A stretch of DNA of 32,541 nucleotides. Origin: a virus (lineage: Duplodnaviria > Caudoviricetes). Below the pieces are notes generated by a model. The model searched no databases and had not been told where the DNA came from. It saw only the letters and a list, made by a program, of their open reading frames with translations. Shown here piece by piece: positions 1 to 8,423 of the stretch. The DNA lies in IMG/VR virus record IMGVR_UViG_3300048576_000538, positions 1-32,541 of that record. The stretch is one strand, 5' to 3'. Every line of letters starts with the position of its first letter. Position 1 is the stretch's first letter. Made by a program: the position numbers and the translations under genes.

Positions 1-486
1 TTAGGTTAACTCTACAGCATATATTTTCAAAGTATCAATTACCAGCTGCTGCTTTTCCTTTAAAAGACTTCCGATTGGAATTGGAGGGTATTGAAATACC
101 TTTCCGTCCTTTTCCTGATATAAAATTAGCGTTTTCTTTATAAAGTTCTTGTGAATCTTAAAGGCATATAGGTTGTTTGCAGGTATTCTCGCCATCTTTC
201 TAGTCCCAAAAGGAGTTGTTAGCAGGTAGTAGCGAAACTCGTAAATTTCATCTTTAAGGATAAATTCCACAAACCACATCCCGCCACGCAATGCCAAATA
301 AAGAGTAGCCAACAAGTAGATGACCGCATAGGTGTGCCCTACTACTTGTATAACCTTATTTCCCGACCATGGAAAGTACTCAGGGAAAGCCCATATAGAG
401 GTAAGATAGGCGATAAATATAACTGCAAGAAAAATTCTTATCACATGATAGGCTGCAACCTCATTCTCATTACTAACTTTTACCAT
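1..486 (-). CDS. Host hypothetical membrane protein (2 N-terminal TM segments)
   Basis: 161-aa ORF with two hydrophobic stretches; overlaps the end of the proline dehydrogenase gene (operon-like). Confidence 0.7.
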   Translation of the reverse strand: MVKVSNENEVAAYHVIRIFLAVIFIAYLTSIWAFPEYFPWSGNKVIQVVGHTYAVIYLLATLYLALRGGMWFVEFILKDEIYEFRYYLLTTPFGTRKMARIPANNLYAFKIHKNFIKKTLILYQEKDGKVFQYPPIPIGSLLKEKQQLVIDTLKIYAVELT

Positions 487-1655
487 TGCTTATAGCTTTT
501 ACGACGCTTAATTTCTTGGTTTAGCAGATCTAGCTCGCGAGATGTTTGTCCTGTGACAGAGGTATTCTCTCTTGCCCGTCGGATTAAGTATGGAAGAACT
601 TCCTTTACCGGACCGTATGGAAGATACTTTGCCACGTTGAATCCTTCGGCAGCAAGATTAAACGAAAGGTTATCGCTCATTCCGTAAAGTTGTGAGAACC
701 ATATCCTACTATCGTTTTCCTGCAAGGAATACTTGTAAACCAACTCAACAAGCAACCATACGCTATCTTGGTTGTGAGTTCCTGCAAAAATGCTGATTTT
801 ATCAATATTTTCAAGCGAATATATCAGCGCATCGTCAAACATCGCATCGGTGATCTCTTTGGTAGGATTTATTGGCGATGGATATCCCAATCGTGCTGCA
901 CGTTCGCGCTCCCTTTCCATGTACGCACCCCTTACTAGCTTTGCTCCAACTATAAAATTTTTCTCAACAGCGTGCTTATGGAGTTTTTTTAGGTAGTCAA
1001 GCCTATCTGTTCGGTACATCTGAAGCGTGTTGTAAACAACGGCCTTCTCGGTATTGTAGCGCTCCATCATCTGATCTACAACCTCGTCAATTGCCTGTTG
1101 GTAGCAGTAATCCTCAGCATCAATAAGGATAGAAATACCAGCTTCTGCAGCCTTAGCGCAAAGAGCATCCACTCTATTTACAAATAGATGAAATAGTTCT
1201 TCTTCGCCTTTATCCAGCACCAAACCGCTTGAAACTTTTTCAAGCACATCTGGTTGAACAATACCTGTAGGTTTAAAGACGGCAAATGCAACATACGGAT
1301 GTTTACCTCCGAATTCGATGCTGTGCATTACCTCCTTAAAGCAAGCCTTTGCCGAAGCATCGTCCTTCTTTCCCTCAATTGAATAGTCGAGAATAGAGCC
1401 AACATTATACTTCCAAAGCTTTTTAGCCTTATTGGCACTCTTGGCTAAAGATTCCCCACCAACAAACTGAGCGTAAAGAGTTGGCCTTACCAACCATCCT
1501 ATTGGAAAGCGATTCTTGACCGCAAATGCCGCAATAGCAGTTAACCAGCCAACCAACTTGGGGTTATTAATCGTTTTAAAAAGGAAGCGGGCCTTCCGAA
1601 GCTCCACGTTCGACTTTATTTTAAAGGCAATTTCGGTATTGGTAAAATCTATCAT
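480..1655 (-). CDS. Host monofunctional proline dehydrogenase
   Basis: Motifs IDAED, YNTLQMYR, KLVRGAY, GTHN, QLYGM, KYLPYGP..YL.RR.EN of the PRODH family. Confidence 0.95.
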   Translation of the reverse strand: MIDFTNTEIAFKIKSNVELRKARFLFKTINNPKLVGWLTAIAAFAVKNRFPIGWLVRPTLYAQFVGGESLAKSANKAKKLWKYNVGSILDYSIEGKKDDASAKACFKEVMHSIEFGGKHPYVAFAVFKPTGIVQPDVLEKVSSGLVLDKGEEELFHLFVNRVDALCAKAAEAGISILIDAEDYCYQQAIDEVVDQMMERYNTEKAVVYNTLQMYRTDRLDYLKKLHKHAVEKNFIVGAKLVRGAYMERERERAARLGYPSPINPTKEITDAMFDDALIYSLENIDKISIFAGTHNQDSVWLLVELVYKYSLQENDSRIWFSQLYGMSDNLSFNLAAEGFNVAKYLPYGPVKEVLPYLIRRARENTSVTGQTSRELDLLNQEIKRRKSYKQW

Positions 1656-1685
1656 AGCCTCAGTATTATCGATAGGTTAATATAC

Positions 1686-1693
1686 CAAAGATA
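1686..1693 (-). promoter_or_regulatory. Bacteroidota sigmaA -7 element (TATCTTTG) for proline dehydrogenase
   Basis: CAAAGATA on + strand = TATCTTTG on minus, about 30 nt upstream of the ATG. Confidence 0.6.
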
Positions 1694-1770
1694 GCTACCA
1701 TTTTCAATTCAGCCATATTATTAAAGGAATAGGACATCGAAACTGCTACTTCTCAACAAGGACCAATTAC

Positions 1771-1806
1771 AAAAAAGCCCTGATCGCAAGTAACGATCAA
1801 GGCTTT
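1771..1806 (-). terminator. Intrinsic terminator downstream of the tRNA 3' end
   Basis: Minus strand AAAGCCTTGATCG-TTACTTG-CGATCAGGGC-TTTTTT. Confidence 0.75.
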
Positions 1807-1821
1807 ACTAAACTTTTGCAA

Positions 1822-1867
1822 GTGACCCCGGCGGGATTCAAACCCACGACCTTCAGAACCGGAATCT
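1822..1867 (-). pseudogene. 3' half of tRNA-Arg(CCG) = prophage attachment-site core
   Basis: Minus strand AGATTCCGGTTCTGAAGGTCGTGGGTTTGAATCCCGCCGGGGTCAC: anticodon loop CCG, T-arm and acceptor 3' strand present; D-arm and 5' acceptor strand replaced by AT-rich phage DNA. Confidence 0.85.
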
Positions 1868-1950
1868 AATCTTTTTTATTGTCTTTATCTTTGATTTACT
1901 TGTCTTTACCTGCTTCTTGTTTTTGCTTTTACCAAACATTTCTCAAACAT

Positions 1951-2397
1951 CTACTTAAACGTGTAAGGGTAGTATTTCGTAGCACCTGCCACTTTTTTGC
2001 ACATTAGCACTTGCCTACGGTTTCGGGTTCCCGAAAAGCTAACGTGTACCCACGCGGGTACGCCCTGCCTATCCGGGTGCTCAAGTATCAGCTGGTCGAA
2101 GATACAATTTTCAAAAATAACCCGCGCCAGTTCGAGGTTATTACTACTTTCAATGTCCGCGGCCTCCCCGGTAAGGTGCTGGCTGCTATTAGCCCCTCCT
2201 ACCTTTTTGTTTAATGCAGGGCTACGATACCCGCAATTAACCCTAATCGGCTTGCCTAATCGCTCCCGTGCAACATCTAGCACGTTATCGGCTAATGCGG
2301 TTAAGTTAGCAACCACCCCCGCGCTGGGGGTGTTGTCGATATGGTTGGCCGCTGCCGTATCGCTATGCGTCAGCTCTGCAATTGTAAAGTATTTCAT
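1951..2397 (-). CDS. Endolysin, peptidase M15 (Zn D-Ala-D-Ala peptidase-like)
   Basis: YFTIAEL, GYRSPALN..VGG..SSQHLTGEAAD, DQLILE, WVHVS motifs. Confidence 0.9.
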   Translation of the reverse strand: MKYFTIAELTHSDTAAANHIDNTPSAGVVANLTALADNVLDVARERLGKPIRVNCGYRSPALNKKVGGANSSQHLTGEAADIESSNNLELARVIFENCIFDQLILEHPDRQGVPAWVHVSFSGTRNRRQVLMCKKVAGATKYYPYTFK

Positions 2398-2600
2398 CGC
2401 CTACCTCCCTTCCAGTTAGCAGCTACGGTTAGCAATTGAGCACCACCCGCTAACCCCGCTAGCGTATAAACAACAAACTCGGCTGGTTGGCTCATTACGA
2501 AGATGTAAACGATTAGCACCACCAACGCGATAAACGAGATTAGCCTTTTGCTGCTAACCCCGCTATTTGACCTAAATAAATCCTTTATAAATTCTTTCAT
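2394..2600 (-). CDS. Putative holin (68 aa, two hydrophobic segments)
   Basis: SSKR followed by a TM segment; basic C-terminus; ATGA overlap with the endolysin. Confidence 0.6.
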   Translation of the reverse strand: MKEFIKDLFRSNSGVSSKRLISFIALVVLIVYIFVMSQPAEFVVYTLAGLAGGAQLLTVAANWKGGRR

Positions 2601-3217
2601 GGCTTCTTAACTATGTATGTAAAGTTTTGGTTGACCGTTTTAATCGCCTTATTCGAGCGTAGGATGTTAGCCGTTACTACCGTTTGCCTCCTTTGCAGCC
2701 ACCTGGCAATAAAAAAGGCTTTTCGCTTGTTAACAAATACCCTTTCATCGGCAAATACTATAAAAAGCGAATCGGTAATAACAGGGTGAAATTGTGCTGT
2801 GTCATTACGTACGCAAACGCTTGCCCTAAATTCGGGGTTGACGGTAAAGTTATAGCAGGTATCGCGCCGCACCTGCCCGGTGGGCGTAGCTACGGGGGTA
2901 ACGGTAGCGGTCGCCTCAACGGTTGTATCTATCTTGCTTTCTATGATACCTACCGCCTTAACCTTCGACTTCCTCAACTTCATATTTTCCGCTACCCTCC
3001 GCTCTTTGTCCGGCAGGTTTTGCTTTGTCGATTGCAATACTATCGACTTGCTCACCTCGCGCCCATCCTTCGCCTTGTAGGTGCTTACCTGCTGAACCAG
3101 CGCCTTGTTGTTGTTTATCAGCACCCGCTGCTGCTGGTGCGATTCTTTTAGCATATACCCTAATACGCCAATTGCGGCCAGCATTGCCAGCCCTAGAATA
3201 ATGAGATACTTTTTCAT
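2597..3217 (-). CDS. Lysis-region membrane-anchored protein, putative spanin-like (DUF6549-like)
   Basis: N-terminal TM, coiled coil, basic C-terminal KAFFIARW motif; position in the lysis cassette. Confidence 0.55.
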   Translation of the reverse strand: MKKYLIILGLAMLAAIGVLGYMLKESHQQQRVLINNNKALVQQVSTYKAKDGREVSKSIVLQSTKQNLPDKERRVAENMKLRKSKVKAVGIIESKIDTTVEATATVTPVATPTGQVRRDTCYNFTVNPEFRASVCVRNDTAQFHPVITDSLFIVFADERVFVNKRKAFFIARWLQRRQTVVTANILRSNKAIKTVNQNFTYIVKKP

Positions 3218-3220
3218 AGA

Positions 3221-3475
3221 TTATTTATTTTGTTTGTTTTCGATAAGCCTATCTAACTTACCCTCTATCCTGTCGAGGCGGCTGGTGGATTCCTGAAATA
3301 GTTCCTTATTCGCTTTTGTTTCGTCCAATTGGTTTATTCGCTCCTGCATTACACTGTTACGCGTTTCGAGCGTATTTACCTTAAGCTGGATAGTGGAGTA
3401 ACTCACCACTAGCGCTACGCATACTGTCACTATCCAGCTGGGAACTTGGTTTAGGATATTGTTTACTTTTTGCAT
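3221..3475 (-). CDS. Single-TM coiled-coil lysis-region protein (holin-like)
   Basis: 84 aa, TM then LDRIEGKLDRL coiled coil. Confidence 0.55.
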   Translation of the reverse strand: MQKVNNILNQVPSWIVTVCVALVVSYSTIQLKVNTLETRNSVMQERINQLDETKANKELFQESTSRLDRIEGKLDRLIENKQNK

Positions 3476-3493
3476 ATCAGATTAGTTTATCTT

Positions 3494-3518
3494 TAAGTAT
3501 TAGTTTCTCCATTTTTTT
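3494..3518 (-). promoter_or_regulatory. Putative phage late promoter (lysis cassette)
   Basis: A7-N9-TAATACTTA, 19 nt upstream of ATG 3475. Confidence 0.6.
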
Positions 3519-4704
3519 ACAACTCATACATCGCCGATTTCACGACGGTACCAGCAGTGGTTCTCAACTCTACGTATACCGACCGTATCATATAGCTGTT
3601 GTCCCCTGCAATTTCGGATGGCATGGTTTGAGGGATGGTAACGGTTTTGCTGTTGCTCCCCGCTTGCATTGTCCAGTCGGCTACGAAGCTGCGTAGCTCA
3701 TATGTAGTGATCGGGTAGGCGAATGGGTCTTCCCAGTATGTCGTGCAGTAGATGGAATAATTCTTACCCTCCGTGGCCGTAGCGGTAAGCGACATGCTGC
3801 CCGTCATTGCAGAGTAGGAGTTTACAATCAACGATGTGATGTTGGCCACGGCAGCATATACGGTTACGCCTGTTGTCGATAGCGTATAGGGTACGCCGTT
3901 AAGCACGAAGCTTGCCACGACGGTATAGTTACCCGCTTGTAGGGTACACGAGATCGTGCCCTCTGCTTTAAGGCTCGGTGTTGAAATCTGAAATACCGAA
4001 ACGGCACTATCCTGCTGGCGGGTGGCGGTTAGCTTAACGTTGCTTATGCCGCTGCTCGAGTTAACGCTATTCGCAATGTACTCTACGTCGAAAGCAACCG
4101 ATGTACCCCCTTCATCGATGTGGTAAGCTTCGTACAAGTACTTTAAAATTACAGGGGCGTACCTAGGGGAGTAGCCAATTATTTCTACTACACCATAAGG
4201 TGTAAGCTTGTCGGGTTTTATTATAGAGTTCTCGTTAAGCTGAGCATTGCTAAATACCCCGTTAAATCCAATGCTCGCATTTTTAAGCACCGCTGCCATT
4301 CTGCTTACACCTAAATTCGGAGGATATACGGCTGGGCAGTAGTAGAGGTTTTCAGCAATTGAAAAAGCACCCTCGGTTGGATGCGTTAGCGTACCCGATA
4401 GGCGCAGCTGCAGCACGTTGCCTAAATCATCTTCGGCCGTATTCCAGTGCAGGCTGCTCTCATCATCCGCTATACTCGTTGATCGTGTATGCTTCGAAAC
4501 GTAAAGCGTTATTGCCGTTGTGGTGGCTGTAGCAAAAATTGGGGCGGTACCCGATACTCCGCTAAATATTTCGCCACCCCTTATGGCAGTGCTAATAATA
4601 CCATCTACGTATAAATCAAAGTCGTTTGCCGTTAGATTTGCCGTAGTACCTGCTACCAGTATCCTATTTATTGTGCTCTTTAGCTTAGCCTGTTTTGTTG
4701 CCAT
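3517..4704 (-). CDS. Putative tail/receptor-binding structural protein
   Basis: 395 aa, Thr/Ser/Ala-rich, beta-strand-like C-terminal domains; follows the tail fiber. Confidence 0.5.
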   Translation of the reverse strand: MATKQAKLKSTINRILVAGTTANLTANDFDLYVDGIISTAIRGGEIFSGVSGTAPIFATATTTAITLYVSKHTRSTSIADDESSLHWNTAEDDLGNVLQLRLSGTLTHPTEGAFSIAENLYYCPAVYPPNLGVSRMAAVLKNASIGFNGVFSNAQLNENSIIKPDKLTPYGVVEIIGYSPRYAPVILKYLYEAYHIDEGGTSVAFDVEYIANSVNSSSGISNVKLTATRQQDSAVSVFQISTPSLKAEGTISCTLQAGNYTVVASFVLNGVPYTLSTTGVTVYAAVANITSLIVNSYSAMTGSMSLTATATEGKNYSIYCTTYWEDPFAYPITTYELRSFVADWTMQAGSNSKTVTIPQTMPSEIAGDNSYMIRSVYVELRTTAGTVVKSAMYEL

Positions 4705-4710
4705 ATCTTG

Positions 4711-6207
4711 TTAATGAAAATTACTAAATGCCTCAATATCATCTTTAGCCTGTATCTTCCCAGCTTGGCTTATCCGCACCACCAATGCACCACTGGCGTT
4801 GTAATACTCTAAAGCGTTGCTTGCGTTAAGCTGTATTGTCCACTTTACGCTGCCGTCGGCAGAGCGGATGGTTTGGGTGGCTAAGGAAATGTTACGGGCG
4901 GTAAAGTCAACGTCATTACGATTAAGGTTTACTTCAGAAAACATCTTCGCCCATCCTGTATATGTATCACCTAGTAATGCACGGCTATACACCTCATTTG
5001 TGATACCACCATAATGTCGTACTGCAATCTGAGCTCCACTATGAGCATTCTCTCCTACATGTATTATCGAATACGTATTTTCTCCAAGATTTCCTGTCGG
5101 TGTATTTTTCCCTTGGTAATTAGAGTAAAATCCTGATATGCGGATATCATTAATATCTGATTGGTATGTTACTGTACTTGCGAATGCATTATTACCTGAA
5201 ACTAAATAATCCTTATTCAAATTACCCTTATGCCACAAGTCACTAGCCAATACCCCACTAGCCAGCCTCTTATTCGCCGCGCTGTAGTACTGTATCGCCC
5301 CATCTATAGGTGCATCTTCCCGCGTTGCAATCATTTGCAAGCTTGCCATCTTACCTACTCTAGCCATGCCATCATTGCCAAATACAAGGTAGCCAGCCGA
5401 GCCGTCAGCAAATACCTTTTGCGCCTCGAATCCCGTATAGGCCATAGCCGCAAGCAGTGAAGGATTGTTGTACCTTAGCGTGATAAAGTCGTTCTCGGAG
5501 TACACCTTCTCAGTAACAATGTACTTACCATCCTGTTGTAGGTAAAGGTTACCCGTTATTGTCAGATCACCGGCAATCGTTCCCCCTGTATTCTTTACCG
5601 CATCCGTTATCCCATACTCCGCAATTGTCGTTGGCTTGCCCGTAAGCTCGCTAAAAGCATGTACGTGCCCCAATGCCGCAAACCGAGCATCGCTAGCGCT
5701 CTTATCGTAGTAGTTCGAAAGGTTAAACAAATCCCCCTTTACCGCTATCATTCCGTTAGCATCCACGGTCATAGTGGTAGGGTCTACCTTTACCACGCCC
5801 GTAGTGGTGTAGGTGGCAAGCGGGATGGTAGGGGCTGCGCCGCCGCCCGTGCCGTCGCTAAAGGCTACTATATCATCGCTAGAATAAATCTTACCTATTA
5901 TGCGGAGGTCGCCGTATATGGTTTGAGGCCCCGATGTTTCGGCTGTATTATGCTTAACATACTTATCACATAGTTTAACCCCATCCTCTATAATTGTCTT
6001 AGCCGTTATTTCCTTCAAAAACGATACTACCGAGTTTACCGTTTGCTCGCTTTCTGAAACCAACTTAAGAAGTTGTGAAATATCTACAAATGAGCCATTC
6101 CCCCCTCCTGTTGTAACCCCTCCGCTTGTTGCAGCTCCATTTCGCCCATTCCTTTTATTTGCAGGAACTATTAACCGTGATATATTTAGCGTATTAGTTT
6201 GGTTCAT
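4711..6207 (-). CDS. Tail fiber protein
   Basis: HVHAFSELTGKPTTIAEYGITDA fiber repeat, GGTIAGDLTITG, knob-like DINDIRISGFY...WAK segment, DDIxAFS repeats. Confidence 0.75.
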   Translation of the reverse strand: MNQTNTLNISRLIVPANKRNGRNGAATSGGVTTGGGNGSFVDISQLLKLVSESEQTVNSVVSFLKEITAKTIIEDGVKLCDKYVKHNTAETSGPQTIYGDLRIIGKIYSSDDIVAFSDGTGGGAAPTIPLATYTTTGVVKVDPTTMTVDANGMIAVKGDLFNLSNYYDKSASDARFAALGHVHAFSELTGKPTTIAEYGITDAVKNTGGTIAGDLTITGNLYLQQDGKYIVTEKVYSENDFITLRYNNPSLLAAMAYTGFEAQKVFADGSAGYLVFGNDGMARVGKMASLQMIATREDAPIDGAIQYYSAANKRLASGVLASDLWHKGNLNKDYLVSGNNAFASTVTYQSDINDIRISGFYSNYQGKNTPTGNLGENTYSIIHVGENAHSGAQIAVRHYGGITNEVYSRALLGDTYTGWAKMFSEVNLNRNDVDFTARNISLATQTIRSADGSVKWTIQLNASNALEYYNASGALVVRISQAGKIQAKDDIEAFSNFH

Positions 6208-8422
6208 AGGTAATCGTATTTATGCCTATACTATCCTTAAGTATTTCTTTCGTGCAAATTTTTACGACCTCATCCGAGTAGTTAACCTCAAACCCGTAAA
6301 CCCCTAGCGGCTTACCCGGTAAGTGATTGCTATAGGTAACATACCCTAGCGGCTTAATTGTACTATTTACCTCGCAGCTTAAAGCGCTTGTATTTACCTT
6401 GTAGTTGCTAATAAATGTTCGTAGATGTAGCTTCTCTGTCGTATCCGTTGCCCCTGCCCTTGTAAACGTGCTGGCAAAGTAGTAGCTGCCTGCTGCCTCG
6501 TTTTTCAAAAGCATTGCACCGTTTTCGTTTGGGAATTTTTCCGCATTAATACCCTGTATTACCTCTATAGCGTCGGCATCGTTCTTATAATTCTTATTGA
6601 TATAAGAGTTATACTCCACGTCCGATAGCTCTATTTCTTTCCCTGTCTGTACATCTACTATCGACAGCTTTATATCGTTTAGCAGCTTAAAGTAGTCTAT
6701 GCCAGACCCAACTCCGTCGTAAACCATGCCATCTGAAAGAACTGTTATTGGTTGCCCTTGTATAAGGCAAAACTTTAGTTCCCCGTAGCTCCCCGCTGGT
6801 AGCGGTATGCAGTAATCCGTAAATGGTGGGCTGGCAAATTCGCCCTTGTACATGTACGGGTACATGATGTTCTTACACGTTGTCCAAGCATTTTCTATGC
6901 TCGCTTGCGCTCCCCAGCTGCAAAACTGTAGCATAGATCGTACACTAAGCTGCTGGTCGTTGCTGGTGGTTTTGGTCCATTTGTCTTTGCCGCTACCGTT
7001 TAACAGCGATAGGTTATCATACGAGTTGTAGTGGTAGTAGGCAGATGTAGGGTCTAGCGGGTATGGATACTCCACACGCTCGATAAAGTATAGCCTATAC
7101 GGTAGAAGCACCTGTACTATTTTCTTTGTCCTCGATATGTCAATCGTATTTTTGTCAGCAAACAAATTTTTCTGAGTGGCAACAAATAGCTGTGCACTTA
7201 TCTTTAGTGCATAGCTGCTGCCCTCGTTTATTAGTACGGGCAGCTTAGCCGTTAGCTCAAGGTGCGTTTTCTGCTGGTTGGTGGTGGGCGTATTGGGGTA
7301 CATCATAATACCCGCTATGCTGTCCTCGTTCTTTATCATCTCGCCCGTTGGCGTGATAATCGCCGGGTGGTACCACTTCTTTTCGTCTACAGGTATGTTC
7401 TGTATGTTAAACCCTGCTGCCTTATTGTAGTAGTCTATTTTAAACGAGTAGTCCAAACCGTTCCTAACATCTGCCACCGTTTCGGTATTAACCAGCTCCG
7501 ATACGTTTTCAGCAACTACTTTTGCTTCGCCTAAGTCACATTGCTTAAAGGTGTTGTACTTTAGCGTTAGCCTGTTATAGCTACCTATTGTAGCATACAC
7601 GCTATCTGACGATGTTAAGCCTATTGTGGTTAAATCACCCTGATTGCATGCTACAATTACCGTATCTACGTAAGCAAACGTTGTAGCGTTGTAGCGCTTA
7701 AACGTTGGATTATCCGCTAGCAGCGTTTCGATGTCGTAAATAAACAGCTCGTTATTTACCTGCTTTACCGTTAGGCAGTACGGCTTTAGTATGCCCTCTA
7801 AAACCGACCTACAATCGAGAGCCTTGTAGTCCTCATCGTAGTAGTTGCGGTTAATTGCGTAAACCTTGTGCAGCAGCGTTTCGGCGGCGGCCAATGTTAC
7901 GCCTGTTGCCGTTGTAGCGCTGCCTATGTAGATATTCGTAAGCGGTAGCCCTAGTTTTACCAGAACCTCTTTTAGCACGTCAAAAAACGATACTATCCCC
8001 TCGTAAGGCTTGCCATCCGCTTGCAGGTATTGTATTCTTTCCAGCACGTTGAAATCGGCAGCCGTGAGGTCTATATCTATATTTTCTTTAAGCGAAAAGT
8101 TTTCTTGGTAGTATTCCGTATCGAGCCAGCCAGCCCAAATAATTGAGCCATTTTTCAGCAGCCGCACCTGGTACTGCTGTATGTTTGCCGTGTATAAGTC
8201 TAAGTACTCAAAGGTGCTCTTACCTACTATTGCAAACTTAGCCCCGCTCCCTAGTACCGTTTCTAGCTTGCTTTCTACATCCTGATACGACACGACAAAA
8301 GGAGCCGAAGCGTTGGCTATTTCCATTGCCACTACTTCTAACTCCGTATTTTCCAATATTTCTACCCTGTATGCGGTGTTATTGATAGACTTAAACGTAT
8401 AGTAATATTTCAGCTTTAGCAT
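6194..8422 (-). CDS. Tail tip/baseplate hub-type protein
   Basis: 742 aa directly after the tape measure; YYYTFKS..YRVEI and IWAGWL..YQENF motifs typical of Bacteroidota phage tail proteins. Confidence 0.65.
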   Translation of the reverse strand: MLKLKYYYTFKSINNTAYRVEILENTELEVVAMEIANASAPFVVSYQDVESKLETVLGSGAKFAIVGKSTFEYLDLYTANIQQYQVRLLKNGSIIWAGWLDTEYYQENFSLKENIDIDLTAADFNVLERIQYLQADGKPYEGIVSFFDVLKEVLVKLGLPLTNIYIGSATTATGVTLAAAETLLHKVYAINRNYYDEDYKALDCRSVLEGILKPYCLTVKQVNNELFIYDIETLLADNPTFKRYNATTFAYVDTVIVACNQGDLTTIGLTSSDSVYATIGSYNRLTLKYNTFKQCDLGEAKVVAENVSELVNTETVADVRNGLDYSFKIDYYNKAAGFNIQNIPVDEKKWYHPAIITPTGEMIKNEDSIAGIMMYPNTPTTNQQKTHLELTAKLPVLINEGSSYALKISAQLFVATQKNLFADKNTIDISRTKKIVQVLLPYRLYFIERVEYPYPLDPTSAYYHYNSYDNLSLLNGSGKDKWTKTTSNDQQLSVRSMLQFCSWGAQASIENAWTTCKNIMYPYMYKGEFASPPFTDYCIPLPAGSYGELKFCLIQGQPITVLSDGMVYDGVGSGIDYFKLLNDIKLSIVDVQTGKEIELSDVEYNSYINKNYKNDADAIEVIQGINAEKFPNENGAMLLKNEAAGSYYFASTFTRAGATDTTEKLHLRTFISNYKVNTSALSCEVNSTIKPLGYVTYSNHLPGKPLGVYGFEVNYSDEVVKICTKEILKDSIGINTITYEPN

Positions 8423-8423
8423 A

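Noticed and set aside
1822-1900. Complete tRNA-Arg gene
   Set aside because: D-arm and 5' acceptor strand are absent; it is only the att fragment
3517-8422. Diversity-generating retroelement or invertible tail-fiber shufflon
   Set aside because: No reverse transcriptase, invertase, TR/VR pair or inverted crossover repeats seen
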